Positions 10,261 to 18,254 are shown, numbered from the stretch's first letter. The stretch is 33,093 nucleotides of DNA from Nitrososphaerales archaeon (GCA_049699795.1 JBNAWJ010000022.1:1-33093), one strand, 5' to 3'. Numbers and translations: made by a program. Notes: generated from the sequence alone by a model not told the origin.

Positions 10261-11018
10261 AATTCATTAACACTCTTATTATCTCTTTTGAGCTTTTCCT
10301 GTTTAAGGATAGCTTCTTTTACTGCCGAGGTTACCGCTTTGGCTATAATCTCTCCTGCCTTGGCATGTCCGCCTACATAAGTTATCTTTGGACCAAAACC
10401 TGATACCACTATAATATTATCTGTTCCTGTACCTGTGGCTTGGATTTTAGGGTTATAAGAACTCCTTATATCTAAATCTTGTAAAGAAATCGTCTTTGCT
10501 TCTGTAATAGTAATTATACTTCTTACCATGGCTCCATCTGTAAGTGAAGCGTTTGTTAAAAGGATGATATTGATTGTTCCCAAGGTTTCAAATTCACCAT
10601 CTTTCTCTATATTTTTAGCTTCATCTACACCGATTCTTTGAGCATTAGATTTTACTCCTGCAGTTACACAAGCACAAATCTTAATATCTCTATATTCTTC
10701 TGTTTTTATAGAGATATTATCCATGTCTGCACCTGTGTATAACATTGCTGTATAATCGTGCTTAACTCCTATATCAGCAAAAATCCATTCTTTATATTCT
10801 TCTTCCTTCTTATTTTTGTAAAGAGAATCATGAAGTTGTACTGGAGCATAATGATTACCAACAAATTTTACTTTTTTAAATCCTTCTAAGGTTGATAGAG
10901 CCCTTCTCATAATTCCAAGATCGACAAGAAAAGTCTTTACTTCTACATCTTGAAATCTATGATAAATTATCTCTGCCTTTGTTCCTTCTAAATTTAAGTC
11001 AATCTCTCGTCTCCTCAT
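10257..11018 (-). CDS. cbiZ: Second, stand-alone adenosylcobinamide amidohydrolase
   Basis: LYTGADM, VTAGV.SNA, GTINIILL, ITEAKT, ATGTGTD, GGH. Confidence 0.85.
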   Translation of the reverse strand: MRRREIDLNLEGTKAEIIYHRFQDVEVKTFLVDLGIMRRALSTLEGFKKVKFVGNHYAPVQLHDSLYKNKKEEEYKEWIFADIGVKHDYTAMLYTGADMDNISIKTEEYRDIKICACVTAGVKSNAQRIGVDEAKNIEKDGEFETLGTINIILLTNASLTDGAMVRSIITITEAKTISLQDLDIRSSYNPKIQATGTGTDNIIVVSGFGPKITYVGGHAKAGEIIAKAVTSAVKEAILKQEKLKRDNKSVNEL

Positions 11019-11941
11019 ATCCTTTCTCCTTTAAATAGAACCTGATCCATTGTGAAATATTGGAGATCCCAATTCTTATTGACTGATTTGGCTATTTTAT
11101 CGACCTTTCTAAAATTATCTAAAAGCTCGTCTGACCTAACCTCGACGATCTTATAATTAGGATCATAAGCTGTTTTATAGCCAGAAATCTTACTTTCAGG
11201 ATAGACAAAGAATTCAACATTATTCAGATATTTTCTAGCAATGTTAAAGGCTTTCAACATCTCTTCTTCTGTAGGTTTTCTTGAGAGCTTAACATCTAAT
11301 TGTTCAGGAGCGAATTCATATAATCTGTAGAGTATATTCTTATCAATACTACTCAAGAATTTTGCAATTTTTTCAATTTCAGGGACATCTATTATATTTG
11401 GGATAAATATCGTTCGAACATAAAAATTTAAGCCATAATCATGTAGCAACCTTACAGCTCTTAAAACATTGGCATTGCTCTTGCCAGTGTACCACTTATG
11501 AATTTCTTCAGTGTATGCCTTTAAGTCCAACTTGATATAATCCACGAGGGATTTTAACTTTTCAACTAAATCTTTATCAAGCATATGACCGTTGGTTGAT
11601 ATGCCGATTTTATTAATCCTAAGCTTTCTTAAACCTTGGATAAGATAGAGTAAATAATCTGGGTCTTTTGTTGGCTCACCACCAGTCATTTGAACTTCTT
11701 CAACTAAACCACCATAAATCAATTGGCAAGACTTGACCAATAAGTCAAGAAGACCGTTGACTGATAATTCTCTTCCTACATCTTTTTTAGCAATTGCAAA
11801 GCAACCTTTGCAATTGAAATTGCACCCAGAAAGGTTTATCTTTACTTTTTTACGAGGACTTACTTCACAAGTTAAGAAAGGCACTTTTTTAAAGATCGTC
11901 TTACTCTCTTTGATTATCTCTTTTGATAGCATTGCTGTCAT
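11015..11941 (-). CDS. Radical SAM protein (PFL-activase-like), paralogue of 9499-10260
   Basis: GCNFNCKGC, TGGEPT, STNG, DLKA, HKWYTGKSN; ATGA overlaps on both sides. Confidence 0.85.
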   Translation of the reverse strand: MTAMLSKEIIKESKTIFKKVPFLTCEVSPRKKVKINLSGCNFNCKGCFAIAKKDVGRELSVNGLLDLLVKSCQLIYGGLVEEVQMTGGEPTKDPDYLLYLIQGLRKLRINKIGISTNGHMLDKDLVEKLKSLVDYIKLDLKAYTEEIHKWYTGKSNANVLRAVRLLHDYGLNFYVRTIFIPNIIDVPEIEKIAKFLSSIDKNILYRLYEFAPEQLDVKLSRKPTEEEMLKAFNIARKYLNNVEFFVYPESKISGYKTAYDPNYKIVEVRSDELLDNFRKVDKIAKSVNKNWDLQYFTMDQVLFKGERI

Positions 11942-12732
11942 TTTATTGACCTCTTAATCTCCTTGGCTATGGATATATCATATGTTGCGAATATTATTCC
12001 ATCAGAATAGTTAGATGCAGAAACCATGGCTTTTATGATATTTTTAACAAATGGTCTTGGATGGCCTGCATAAAGTTCAATATAAAGCGGTACTTTAATT
12101 CGTCTACGGAAGTATCGCGCCAAGATCTCTATCCAGTACGTTGTCGAATAAGTTTTATCATAAAGCGGGATTACTAAAAAGTCAGCATACTTAGCAAGTG
12201 CAGTAAAATCTATACCAAACCTTTCTTTGGATGAGCACGGATCTGGGGGTAGTGTTATAGAGAAATTTACTTTCACTAGCTTTGAAATCTCTTCTACAAA
12301 TTCGTTAATTATATTCGACTTCCACCTAGCCCATTTTAGCTTACTCTCTTTCCACATTTTTGTGCATCGTTGGCATGTACAATATTCTTCTTCTGGAAAA
12401 TGAACACAGTCAAGATGTATGCCTGCTATGTTCACTTTTGACGCTTCATCGATCAGATCAAGAATATATTTCACATAATCTTCATTTGTGGGGCATATCC
12501 AATCCCAAAGAAAATTATGCCTTTTATTTCCTCTAGTCGCTTTATCTTGCTTAGATAAAGCGACCCACTCAGGCTTCTCACGAGCTGTCTTATTATCACC
12601 AAAACAGCTAACTATATTATACATTCGCTCTGCTGCCTTATTTATTCTACCGCTTACAGGTTTGATATGGTAAAAAGTCAAGTCGAAATCTTCTACAGGC
12701 TCTGGTTTGTCTAATACGACCCCTAGTCTCAT
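11938..12732 (-). CDS. Putative glycoside-hydrolase-like TIM-barrel protein (GHL10/DUF4015-like) with CxCxxC
   Basis: KPEW...WICP.NEDY.KYILDLIDE...AGIHLDCVHF...YCTCQRC...FGIDF...D...IPLY. Start set at ATG 12732, just past the btuF stop, with a purine-rich leader. Confidence 0.55.
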   Translation of the reverse strand: MRLGVVLDKPEPVEDFDLTFYHIKPVSGRINKAAERMYNIVSCFGDNKTAREKPEWVALSKQDKATRGNKRHNFLWDWICPTNEDYVKYILDLIDEASKVNIAGIHLDCVHFPEEEYCTCQRCTKMWKESKLKWARWKSNIINEFVEEISKLVKVNFSITLPPDPCSSKERFGIDFTALAKYADFLVIPLYDKTYSTTYWIEILARYFRRRIKVPLYIELYAGHPRPFVKNIIKAMVSASNYSDGIIFATYDISIAKEIKRSIK

Positions 12733-12748
12733 AATACTTCCCTGACTA

Positions 12749-13783
12749 TCAGATTTCGATTCCATGAATTAGCTCAGCAAAGATTTCTATAGCCTCAGCA
12801 GTTCTCGGACCTGGCTGTATAAAGAATTTTGGTACTGCAAAGACTCTTCCTTCTTTTACTGCTTTGATTTCACTCCAAGATGGGAAGAGGCTTAAGAGAT
12901 CATTAACATTCGATATTCCTGGATGTCCTTCACTGAAAGCGATAACATCAGGATTTTGAGCCAAGACTTCTTCAGGGCTTACTGTAGGCCAAGCAATATT
13001 TACGCTCCCAAAGATATTTACTCCCCCAGCTGCTTCGATAAGTGCGTTGATAAAGCTAGGTCCTCCAGCTGACATGAGAGGATCGTGCCAAGACATCCAA
13101 AAAACCTTAGGTTTTGGTAAGTTAGCTACTGCATTAGATACTTTGGTGATATTTTGTTTCATTTCACTTACAAGATTTTCTGCACTATCTTTTGCTCCTG
13201 TTAATTTGCCAATTAACGTTATAGCACTATATATGCTATCAAGACTATTTCCATAATCTACACCCACTACAGGATAGCCTAAATTTTTTAACTTTTCCAC
13301 ACCCTCAGGTCTCATAAAGGTTGGTACTAGGATCAAGTCAGGATTTGCCGCAACAACTTTCTCAACTTCAGGATCTACGATGCTATTAAAAACGGTAAGA
13401 TTGCCTGAATTTTTTCTATCTACCATCTCTGGAGGCCATTCACACCATTTAGTAACTGCAACAACTTTATCGCCTAAACCTATAGTGAATAACGTTTCAG
13501 TTATGCTAGGAGCAAAGGAGGCTATCCTTTGAGGAGGAACTCTGACTATAGTTCTATCAAAACTTAATATTTCTGGAACTTCGATGCCTTGTGGAACAAT
13601 GAGTATTGTGCTACCATAAACATCCTTGAAGACTTCGACACCGAAAATAACATTAAGATTAGCAGTAAGTTTGTCTATCTTCTGGTTTAGTTGAGATATT
13701 GCGTAGAAGTTATACGCTGTCACAGAACCTGTTAGTATGATCAAAACAACTAAAACCGCTAATCCAGTTTTTCCTTTTTGCAT
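12749..13783 (-). CDS. btuF: Corrinoid ABC transporter substrate-binding protein
   Basis: N-terminal membrane anchor; PQRIASFAPSITETLFTIGLGDKVVAV, AGGVNIF, EEVLAQNPDVI, AVKEGRV, PGPR. Confidence 0.88.
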   Translation of the reverse strand: MQKGKTGLAVLVVLIILTGSVTAYNFYAISQLNQKIDKLTANLNVIFGVEVFKDVYGSTILIVPQGIEVPEILSFDRTIVRVPPQRIASFAPSITETLFTIGLGDKVVAVTKWCEWPPEMVDRKNSGNLTVFNSIVDPEVEKVVAANPDLILVPTFMRPEGVEKLKNLGYPVVGVDYGNSLDSIYSAITLIGKLTGAKDSAENLVSEMKQNITKVSNAVANLPKPKVFWMSWHDPLMSAGGPSFINALIEAAGGVNIFGSVNIAWPTVSPEEVLAQNPDVIAFSEGHPGISNVNDLLSLFPSWSEIKAVKEGRVFAVPKFFIQPGPRTAEAIEIFAELIHGIEI

Positions 13784-13815
13784 GGCTGGATAATCCTACC
13801 AGCCAATTATTAAAG
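13783..13815 (-). promoter_or_regulatory. btuF promoter: TATA box plus a GC-rich inverted repeat (candidate operator)
   Basis: Minus-strand CTTTAATAA at 13807-13815, ~27 bp before the ATG. TGGCTGG (13783-13789) N9 CCAGCCA (13799-13805). Confidence 0.5.
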
Positions 13816-13827
13816 TTTTTGGTTTAT

Positions 13828-14877
13828 TTATGAATCACTTACACGATCTAAAATACAGACTTTATCCTCAGCAAAGTAGTCTCCAAACATCCAATAGGCT
13901 CTGGCTCTACAGCCTCCACAAACTTCCTTGAAAGAGCATTTGCTACATTTTCCTTTAACACGATCGACATCACACAAACCTTGTAAGAATCTATCTTTCT
14001 TTAACCTTCTCCAAAGATCCTTTAGACCATTTTTCATTACATTGCCCAGTGAGTAAGGTATGTAGGGACATGGTCTTACAGAGCCATCTTCCATCACGTG
14101 CATGGTTTGGGATAATGAACATAGCCTACCTGGAACTTCAAAACCTTTACTAGACATTAGAGCAGAGTAAGACGGCTCATAAACAGATACCTTGCTAAAT
14201 CCTTTATAACCTATAGCATTCATGGGCAATGCATGCCATTCATCAAAAAGCCTGGTCATCAAATTTTTGTAGCTATGAAGCTTTGGTAGTATCTCTGATT
14301 TGGCTCTGCCCATAGGAATTATCGCTAAAGCATCGCAAGTTAATCCTTGACTTTCAGCAAAGCGTATTACCCCCTCAACATCGTCTATATTTACGCTAGT
14401 AACAACTGCTCCAACACTGACCGATAAACCCTCCTTCAGTAAAGCATTCAAAGCCATCATTTTCTTAGAGAGAGAGGATGGAATCCTTGTAAACTTCACA
14501 TGCGTTTCTTCAACTAACGTGGGGAGATTTATTGCTATGGATGCCTTGCTTTCCTTAAAGGATTCTATATGATCAGGAGTCATTAGCGTAGCGTTAGTTG
14601 CTATAACAGGAGTCATTCCTAAATCTCTTGCAAATCTTGCTAGCTCTAGAATATCATTCCTAAGCAAAGGCTCACCTCCAGTGAAAACGAAACTCTTAGT
14701 GCCAAGATCAGAAGCTTGTTTTATCAAATTCTTTGCCTGTTTATTTGTCAACGTCTTGCGTGGGTTATAGGCCGCATAGCAATGAATACACTTTAAGTTA
14801 CACTTATAAGTACACTGCCAAGCTATGTGCACTAGCTCACTAGAACTCAAAAATATCACTATAATGGAAACTTTCAT
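13828..14877 (-). CDS. Radical SAM/SPASM protein (AhbC/AhbD/NirJ-like)
   Basis: WQCTYKCNLKCIHC, FTGGEPLLR, DGSVRPCP, CSKCSFKEVCGGCRARAY. Start is uncertain (ATG 14877 or TTG 14850). Confidence 0.8.
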   Translation of the reverse strand: MKVSIIVIFLSSSELVHIAWQCTYKCNLKCIHCYAAYNPRKTLTNKQAKNLIKQASDLGTKSFVFTGGEPLLRNDILELARFARDLGMTPVIATNATLMTPDHIESFKESKASIAINLPTLVEETHVKFTRIPSSLSKKMMALNALLKEGLSVSVGAVVTSVNIDDVEGVIRFAESQGLTCDALAIIPMGRAKSEILPKLHSYKNLMTRLFDEWHALPMNAIGYKGFSKVSVYEPSYSALMSSKGFEVPGRLCSLSQTMHVMEDGSVRPCPYIPYSLGNVMKNGLKDLWRRLKKDRFLQGLCDVDRVKGKCSKCSFKEVCGGCRARAYWMFGDYFAEDKVCILDRVSDS

Positions 14878-14927
14878 AACGCTAAAATACTTTTTAATAT
14901 AGCATCTTAAATATGGAAAGTGCATCT
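14858..14927 (+). repeat. 70-bp direct repeat, copy 1
   Basis: ACTATAATGGAAACTTTCATAACGCTAAAATACTTTTTAATATAGCATCTTAAATATGGAAAGTGCATCT, identical to 15922-15991. Confidence 0.95.
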
Positions 14928-14951
14928 CTGTGTTATTTCAACAATACAATT

Positions 14952-14977
14952 TTTTTCAGCAGAGCTCTGCTGAAAAA
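14952..14977. repeat. Perfect 26-bp palindrome
   Basis: TTTTTCAGCAGAGCTCTGCTGAAAAA equals its own reverse complement. Confidence 0.9.
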
Positions 14978-15159
14978 TCCTGTCAAAGACCATTGTAAGA
15001 ATTAAGATCATACTAACCCGCACAGAACCAACGTAAAACCGCTATCATTAACCACTGTAAAGCATCCTTTCTGCACGTATACTTTTAAAATAATGATGAA
15101 GTTAATACTAATAATATATATTAAAGTAATGTTTAAATGTAAATCCTATATTAATATTT

Positions 15160-15396
15160 TTGGTGATGTTGTTGCGTACTATCACTGTAAAAGTTGATGA
15201 AGAATTAAAAAGGAAGATGAAACTCGTTAAGGTCAATTGGTCAGAATATATCAGGGAAAGTATTCAGCGGAGAGTAGAATTGGAAGATAGAAAAAGTGCA
15301 GCAGAGAAGCTTCTAGAAGGATTAAAAGAAGGGAAATGCGTTGCTCCTAAAGGATTTATAAATAAAACCATAAGGGAGACGAGGGAAAACCGTTGA
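15160..15396 (+). CDS. vapB: VapB-type ribbon-helix-helix antitoxin
   Basis: TITVKVDEELKRKM...VNWSEYIRESI is typical of archaeal RHH antitoxins; 4-bp overlap with the PIN gene. True start may be 15166 or 15172. Confidence 0.8.
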   Translation: MVMLLRTITVKVDEELKRKMKLVKVNWSEYIRESIQRRVELEDRKSAAEKLLEGLKEGKCVAPKGFINKTIRETRENR

Positions 15397-15830
15397 CTGT
15401 TTATGTGGTGGATGCCTCTGTTGCATCTAGATTCATATTGGTTGAAGATTTATCTGACAAAGCAAAATTGGTTCTGGAAGACTTTCTTGAAGGAAAACTC
15501 GATTTAAAAGCGCCAAAACTATTAGTTTATGAGGTGGGAAACACCTTATGGAAAGCTGTTAAACAAGGTTTCATAAACCTAGATGAGGCTTTAAAAAATT
15601 TTTCGCATTTTATAAAGCTTAGAATAAATTCAATCGAATTAGATGGAAAAGAACTTGAAGATGTTCTATGGTGGAGTGTTAAAAACCAGACATGCTATTA
15701 TGATAGCGTGTATGTAAAATCATCGAAAAAGATTGGGGCACCCCTCCTAACCGCCGATGACACATTATGTGAGAAAGCTCGTAAAGAAATTCTAACCCTA
15801 CATTTAAAAGACTACCAGAAACAGGTTTAA
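15393..15830 (+). CDS. vapC: VapC PIN-domain toxin
   Basis: VVDASV, APKLLVYEVGNTLWK, YYDSVY, LLTAD: the acidic PIN residues are present. Confidence 0.9.
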   Translation: MTVYVVDASVASRFILVEDLSDKAKLVLEDFLEGKLDLKAPKLLVYEVGNTLWKAVKQGFINLDEALKNFSHFIKLRINSIELDGKELEDVLWWSVKNQTCYYDSVYVKSSKKIGAPLLTADDTLCEKARKEILTLHLKDYQKQV

Positions 15831-15921
15831 CTCAAGAACAATTTTAGCCTATTTAGTTTTATTTTATCAGGAAGTTCAATCTTATCATAGATACCTGTAT
15901 AGAATACTGACAAACTCAAAA

Positions 15922-15991
15922 ACTATAATGGAAACTTTCATAACGCTAAAATACTTTTTAATATAGCATCTTAAATATGGAAAGTGCATCT
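15922..15991 (+). repeat. 70-bp direct repeat, copy 2
   Basis: Identical to 14858-14927; includes the first five codons (MESAS) of the 15977 gene. Confidence 0.95.
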
Positions 15992-18070
15992 AGAAGGGTA
16001 AGGAGCATATATAATGCCATAGCCTCCCCAACCAGATTAGAGATTCTTAGAATTCTTAACGCTAAAGGACCTTTAAGCTACTCTGACCTTAAAACGCTTG
16101 CTGGCTTTAAGTCTAAGAAAGAATCAGGAAAGTTTGCCTACCATCTGAGGAAACTTGTGAAGCAGGCATTGGTCTCTTTGGACAGGGGTGAGAGGAAGTA
16201 CAGCATATCAAGCCTAGGTAGATTAGTGCTAAATCTTACAAGGCAGGTGGAGGAGCGGTCCATGCTGGAGAGTGGCAAGTTCTATGTTAGGACGTCAAGG
16301 CATACCATGGAAGAATTCAACCCAGATAGAATACTTCAATCTCTTATAAGAGAAGCCGGGATGCCTGTAGAACTTGCAAAAAGAATATCTGATGAGGCAG
16401 AAGCAAGGATATCCAAATTTCAAACAGCTTACTTGACAGCTCCTTTGATAAGAGAAATGGTCAATGCTTTACTCATAGAGCATGGTTACGAAGAGTATAG
16501 GCACAAATTGACAAGATTGGGCTTACCAGTATTTGATGTAACAGAATTGGTGAATAGAGCCAGCAGAGCAAAAGAAGGGTTGTGCACAGTCTTGGCACAA
16601 ACAGCCGAATCAGTCTTTTCAGAGTATTTGCTTCTTACTCAACTTCCCAGAGATGTATCTGATGCTCATCTTTCTGGGGATATCCATCTATCTGACGTAG
16701 GTTTTTGGGGCTTGATGCCGGATACTCTCTTCATGGACTTATCATCACTAAACAACAATGGTATTAAATTAGGAAGATTGTCCATGATGCCAAAACTAGG
16801 CCCTCCTGATAGCCTCGAGGAAGCAATGAACGAATTGTCGATCCTAACTTCTTTTTTGAGCTTAGAACTGGCATCTGAAATCACTTATGAAAATTTTCCA
16901 AAATATATTGGAGATTATGCTAAAGGGAAGAGCCATAAAGAGCTCAAGGAAGCCATTCTAAATGCCCTTCTATTAATTTCGTCAAATCTGGCAATTTCAT
17001 ACAACAAGCCCAAGATAGCGATAAACATTGACCCTTACTCTAATAATTTGGAAGAAAAACTGAACAATAAAATAATGCTGGCTACCCTTGATGCTTACAA
17101 AGATTATTCTGAAAGAATTCCTTTGCCACAGATAGGATTAGTCATTCTTTTGGATAAAGTTTCAGATAAAGATTTGACAAAGCGTATAGCATCCATCGTA
17201 AATTCAGGAGGGTGCATTTCAATATCAACTCAACGTAACCTAATTCGATCTTATAGTGGTTTGAAGAAAGTTTCTTCAGATGCAGAGCATGAAATCGATA
17301 ACTTCAGCCTAATTCACTCTTTATCTCTGAACCTTCCAAGGCTTTCTTATGAATCGAATAAAGATGAAACTTACTTTAGGGCGAAGATGGCCATGCTTAT
17401 TCAACTATCTGTAAACGCCCTGGCTAAAAGAAGAAAGATGATAGGGGAAGTGATCAACAAAGGACTATTGCCCATACTGGCTCAGAATCAGAATATTATA
17501 TCTACTGATTTTATGCCTGCTGCAATCAACCTTATTGGATTAGATGAAGCCATGATGAATCTAGTAGATGAAAAGACAAAGCAGCAAGAAAGGAGGGCGA
17601 TAATTGAAAAGGTGATAGGGACTGCTACAAAATTTGTAGGTGAAAGAGTTGTTAAGCCTGAAGAGAGCACGGGAATAGCCATCTTACAGAGCGATAGTGC
17701 AGAACGCTTTTACAATCTAGATTTAGAAAAGTACGGCAAGTCTGTTGTAACCAGTAAAGATAGAAGGAACGCCTATTCACAAGTTCCATGGATTCAAAGT
17801 ACAGACCTTCATAATGAGAATATAGTAGATGAATTGAATTACTTATCCAAAAACTTGAGCAGTGGCTTTTCCACCATCATAAATATTCCCACAAAGGCTG
17901 ATTTAGATTCTGTCGAAAAAACGATTTCAGAAGCCATAGGAAAGCTTGATTACTTCAAGCTTAGCAAGAAGATTACCATATGTAAGAATTGTGGAGCAAA
18001 ATTTTCGACAGAAGTTGAGAGATGCAAAGTATGCAAGTCTACAGCCTTGGCTTACCACTCTACAGCATAG
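15977..18070 (+). CDS. ArsR-type HTH + ATP-cone + degenerate class III ribonucleotide reductase (NrdD-like) fusion; probable regulator
   Basis: IASPTRLEILRIL...GKFAYHLRKL (wHTH); VRTSRHTMEEFNPDRI...LIREMVNALL (ATP cone); AHLSGDIH, LNLPRL, LIGLDEA, CKNC..CKVC (NrdD). No RxxGY glycyl-radical loop. Confidence 0.8.
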   Translation: MESASRRVRSIYNAIASPTRLEILRILNAKGPLSYSDLKTLAGFKSKKESGKFAYHLRKLVKQALVSLDRGERKYSISSLGRLVLNLTRQVEERSMLESGKFYVRTSRHTMEEFNPDRILQSLIREAGMPVELAKRISDEAEARISKFQTAYLTAPLIREMVNALLIEHGYEEYRHKLTRLGLPVFDVTELVNRASRAKEGLCTVLAQTAESVFSEYLLLTQLPRDVSDAHLSGDIHLSDVGFWGLMPDTLFMDLSSLNNNGIKLGRLSMMPKLGPPDSLEEAMNELSILTSFLSLELASEITYENFPKYIGDYAKGKSHKELKEAILNALLLISSNLAISYNKPKIAINIDPYSNNLEEKLNNKIMLATLDAYKDYSERIPLPQIGLVILLDKVSDKDLTKRIASIVNSGGCISISTQRNLIRSYSGLKKVSSDAEHEIDNFSLIHSLSLNLPRLSYESNKDETYFRAKMAMLIQLSVNALAKRRKMIGEVINKGLLPILAQNQNIISTDFMPAAINLIGLDEAMMNLVDEKTKQQERRAIIEKVIGTATKFVGERVVKPEESTGIAILQSDSAERFYNLDLEKYGKSVVTSKDRRNAYSQVPWIQSTDLHNENIVDELNYLSKNLSSGFSTIINIPTKADLDSVEKTISEAIGKLDYFKLSKKITICKNCGAKFSTEVERCKVCKSTALAYHSTA

Positions 18071-18254
18071 ATATTGTAGATTGAGTTAGACGAATAATGA
18101 ATAGTAATTTCAAGTCAAGTTAATTTTACTATATCATCTCATTAACGGTGTTTTAGAAGAAAAAAAGGTTAGATGCGTAATTCTAGTCAATATTTCTTAA
18201 TCTATCATTAAAAATCATAGCCTGATTCATATTACATGTTATCAGTGGGATTAA

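Noticed and set aside
1286-13256. Many 60-116 aa plus-strand ORFs in the track opposite the cob/btu genes, and similar ones opposite nrd, atp and tnpB
   Set aside because: Antisense shadows of well-supported genes, with no recognisable motifs.
13784-13827. Cobalamin riboswitch before btuF or cobD
   Set aside because: The spacers (44 and 88 bp) are too short and lack B12-box motifs.
14878-14925. Track start (14925) for the SPASM protein
   Set aside because: It runs through the duplicated promoter region; the residues are not protein-like.
14913-15005. 30-aa ORF MESASLCYF... from the duplicated ATG
   Set aside because: By-product of the 70-bp duplication; no motif.
15000-15030. ATCATA...ACAGAACC resembling the TnpB right end
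   Set aside because: Only short matches, without the hairpins; compatible with chance.
15977-18070. Functional anaerobic RNR (nrdD) with the nearby radical SAM genes as nrdG
   Set aside because: No glycyl-radical loop, and the radical SAM genes are coupled to the cbiZ cassette instead.
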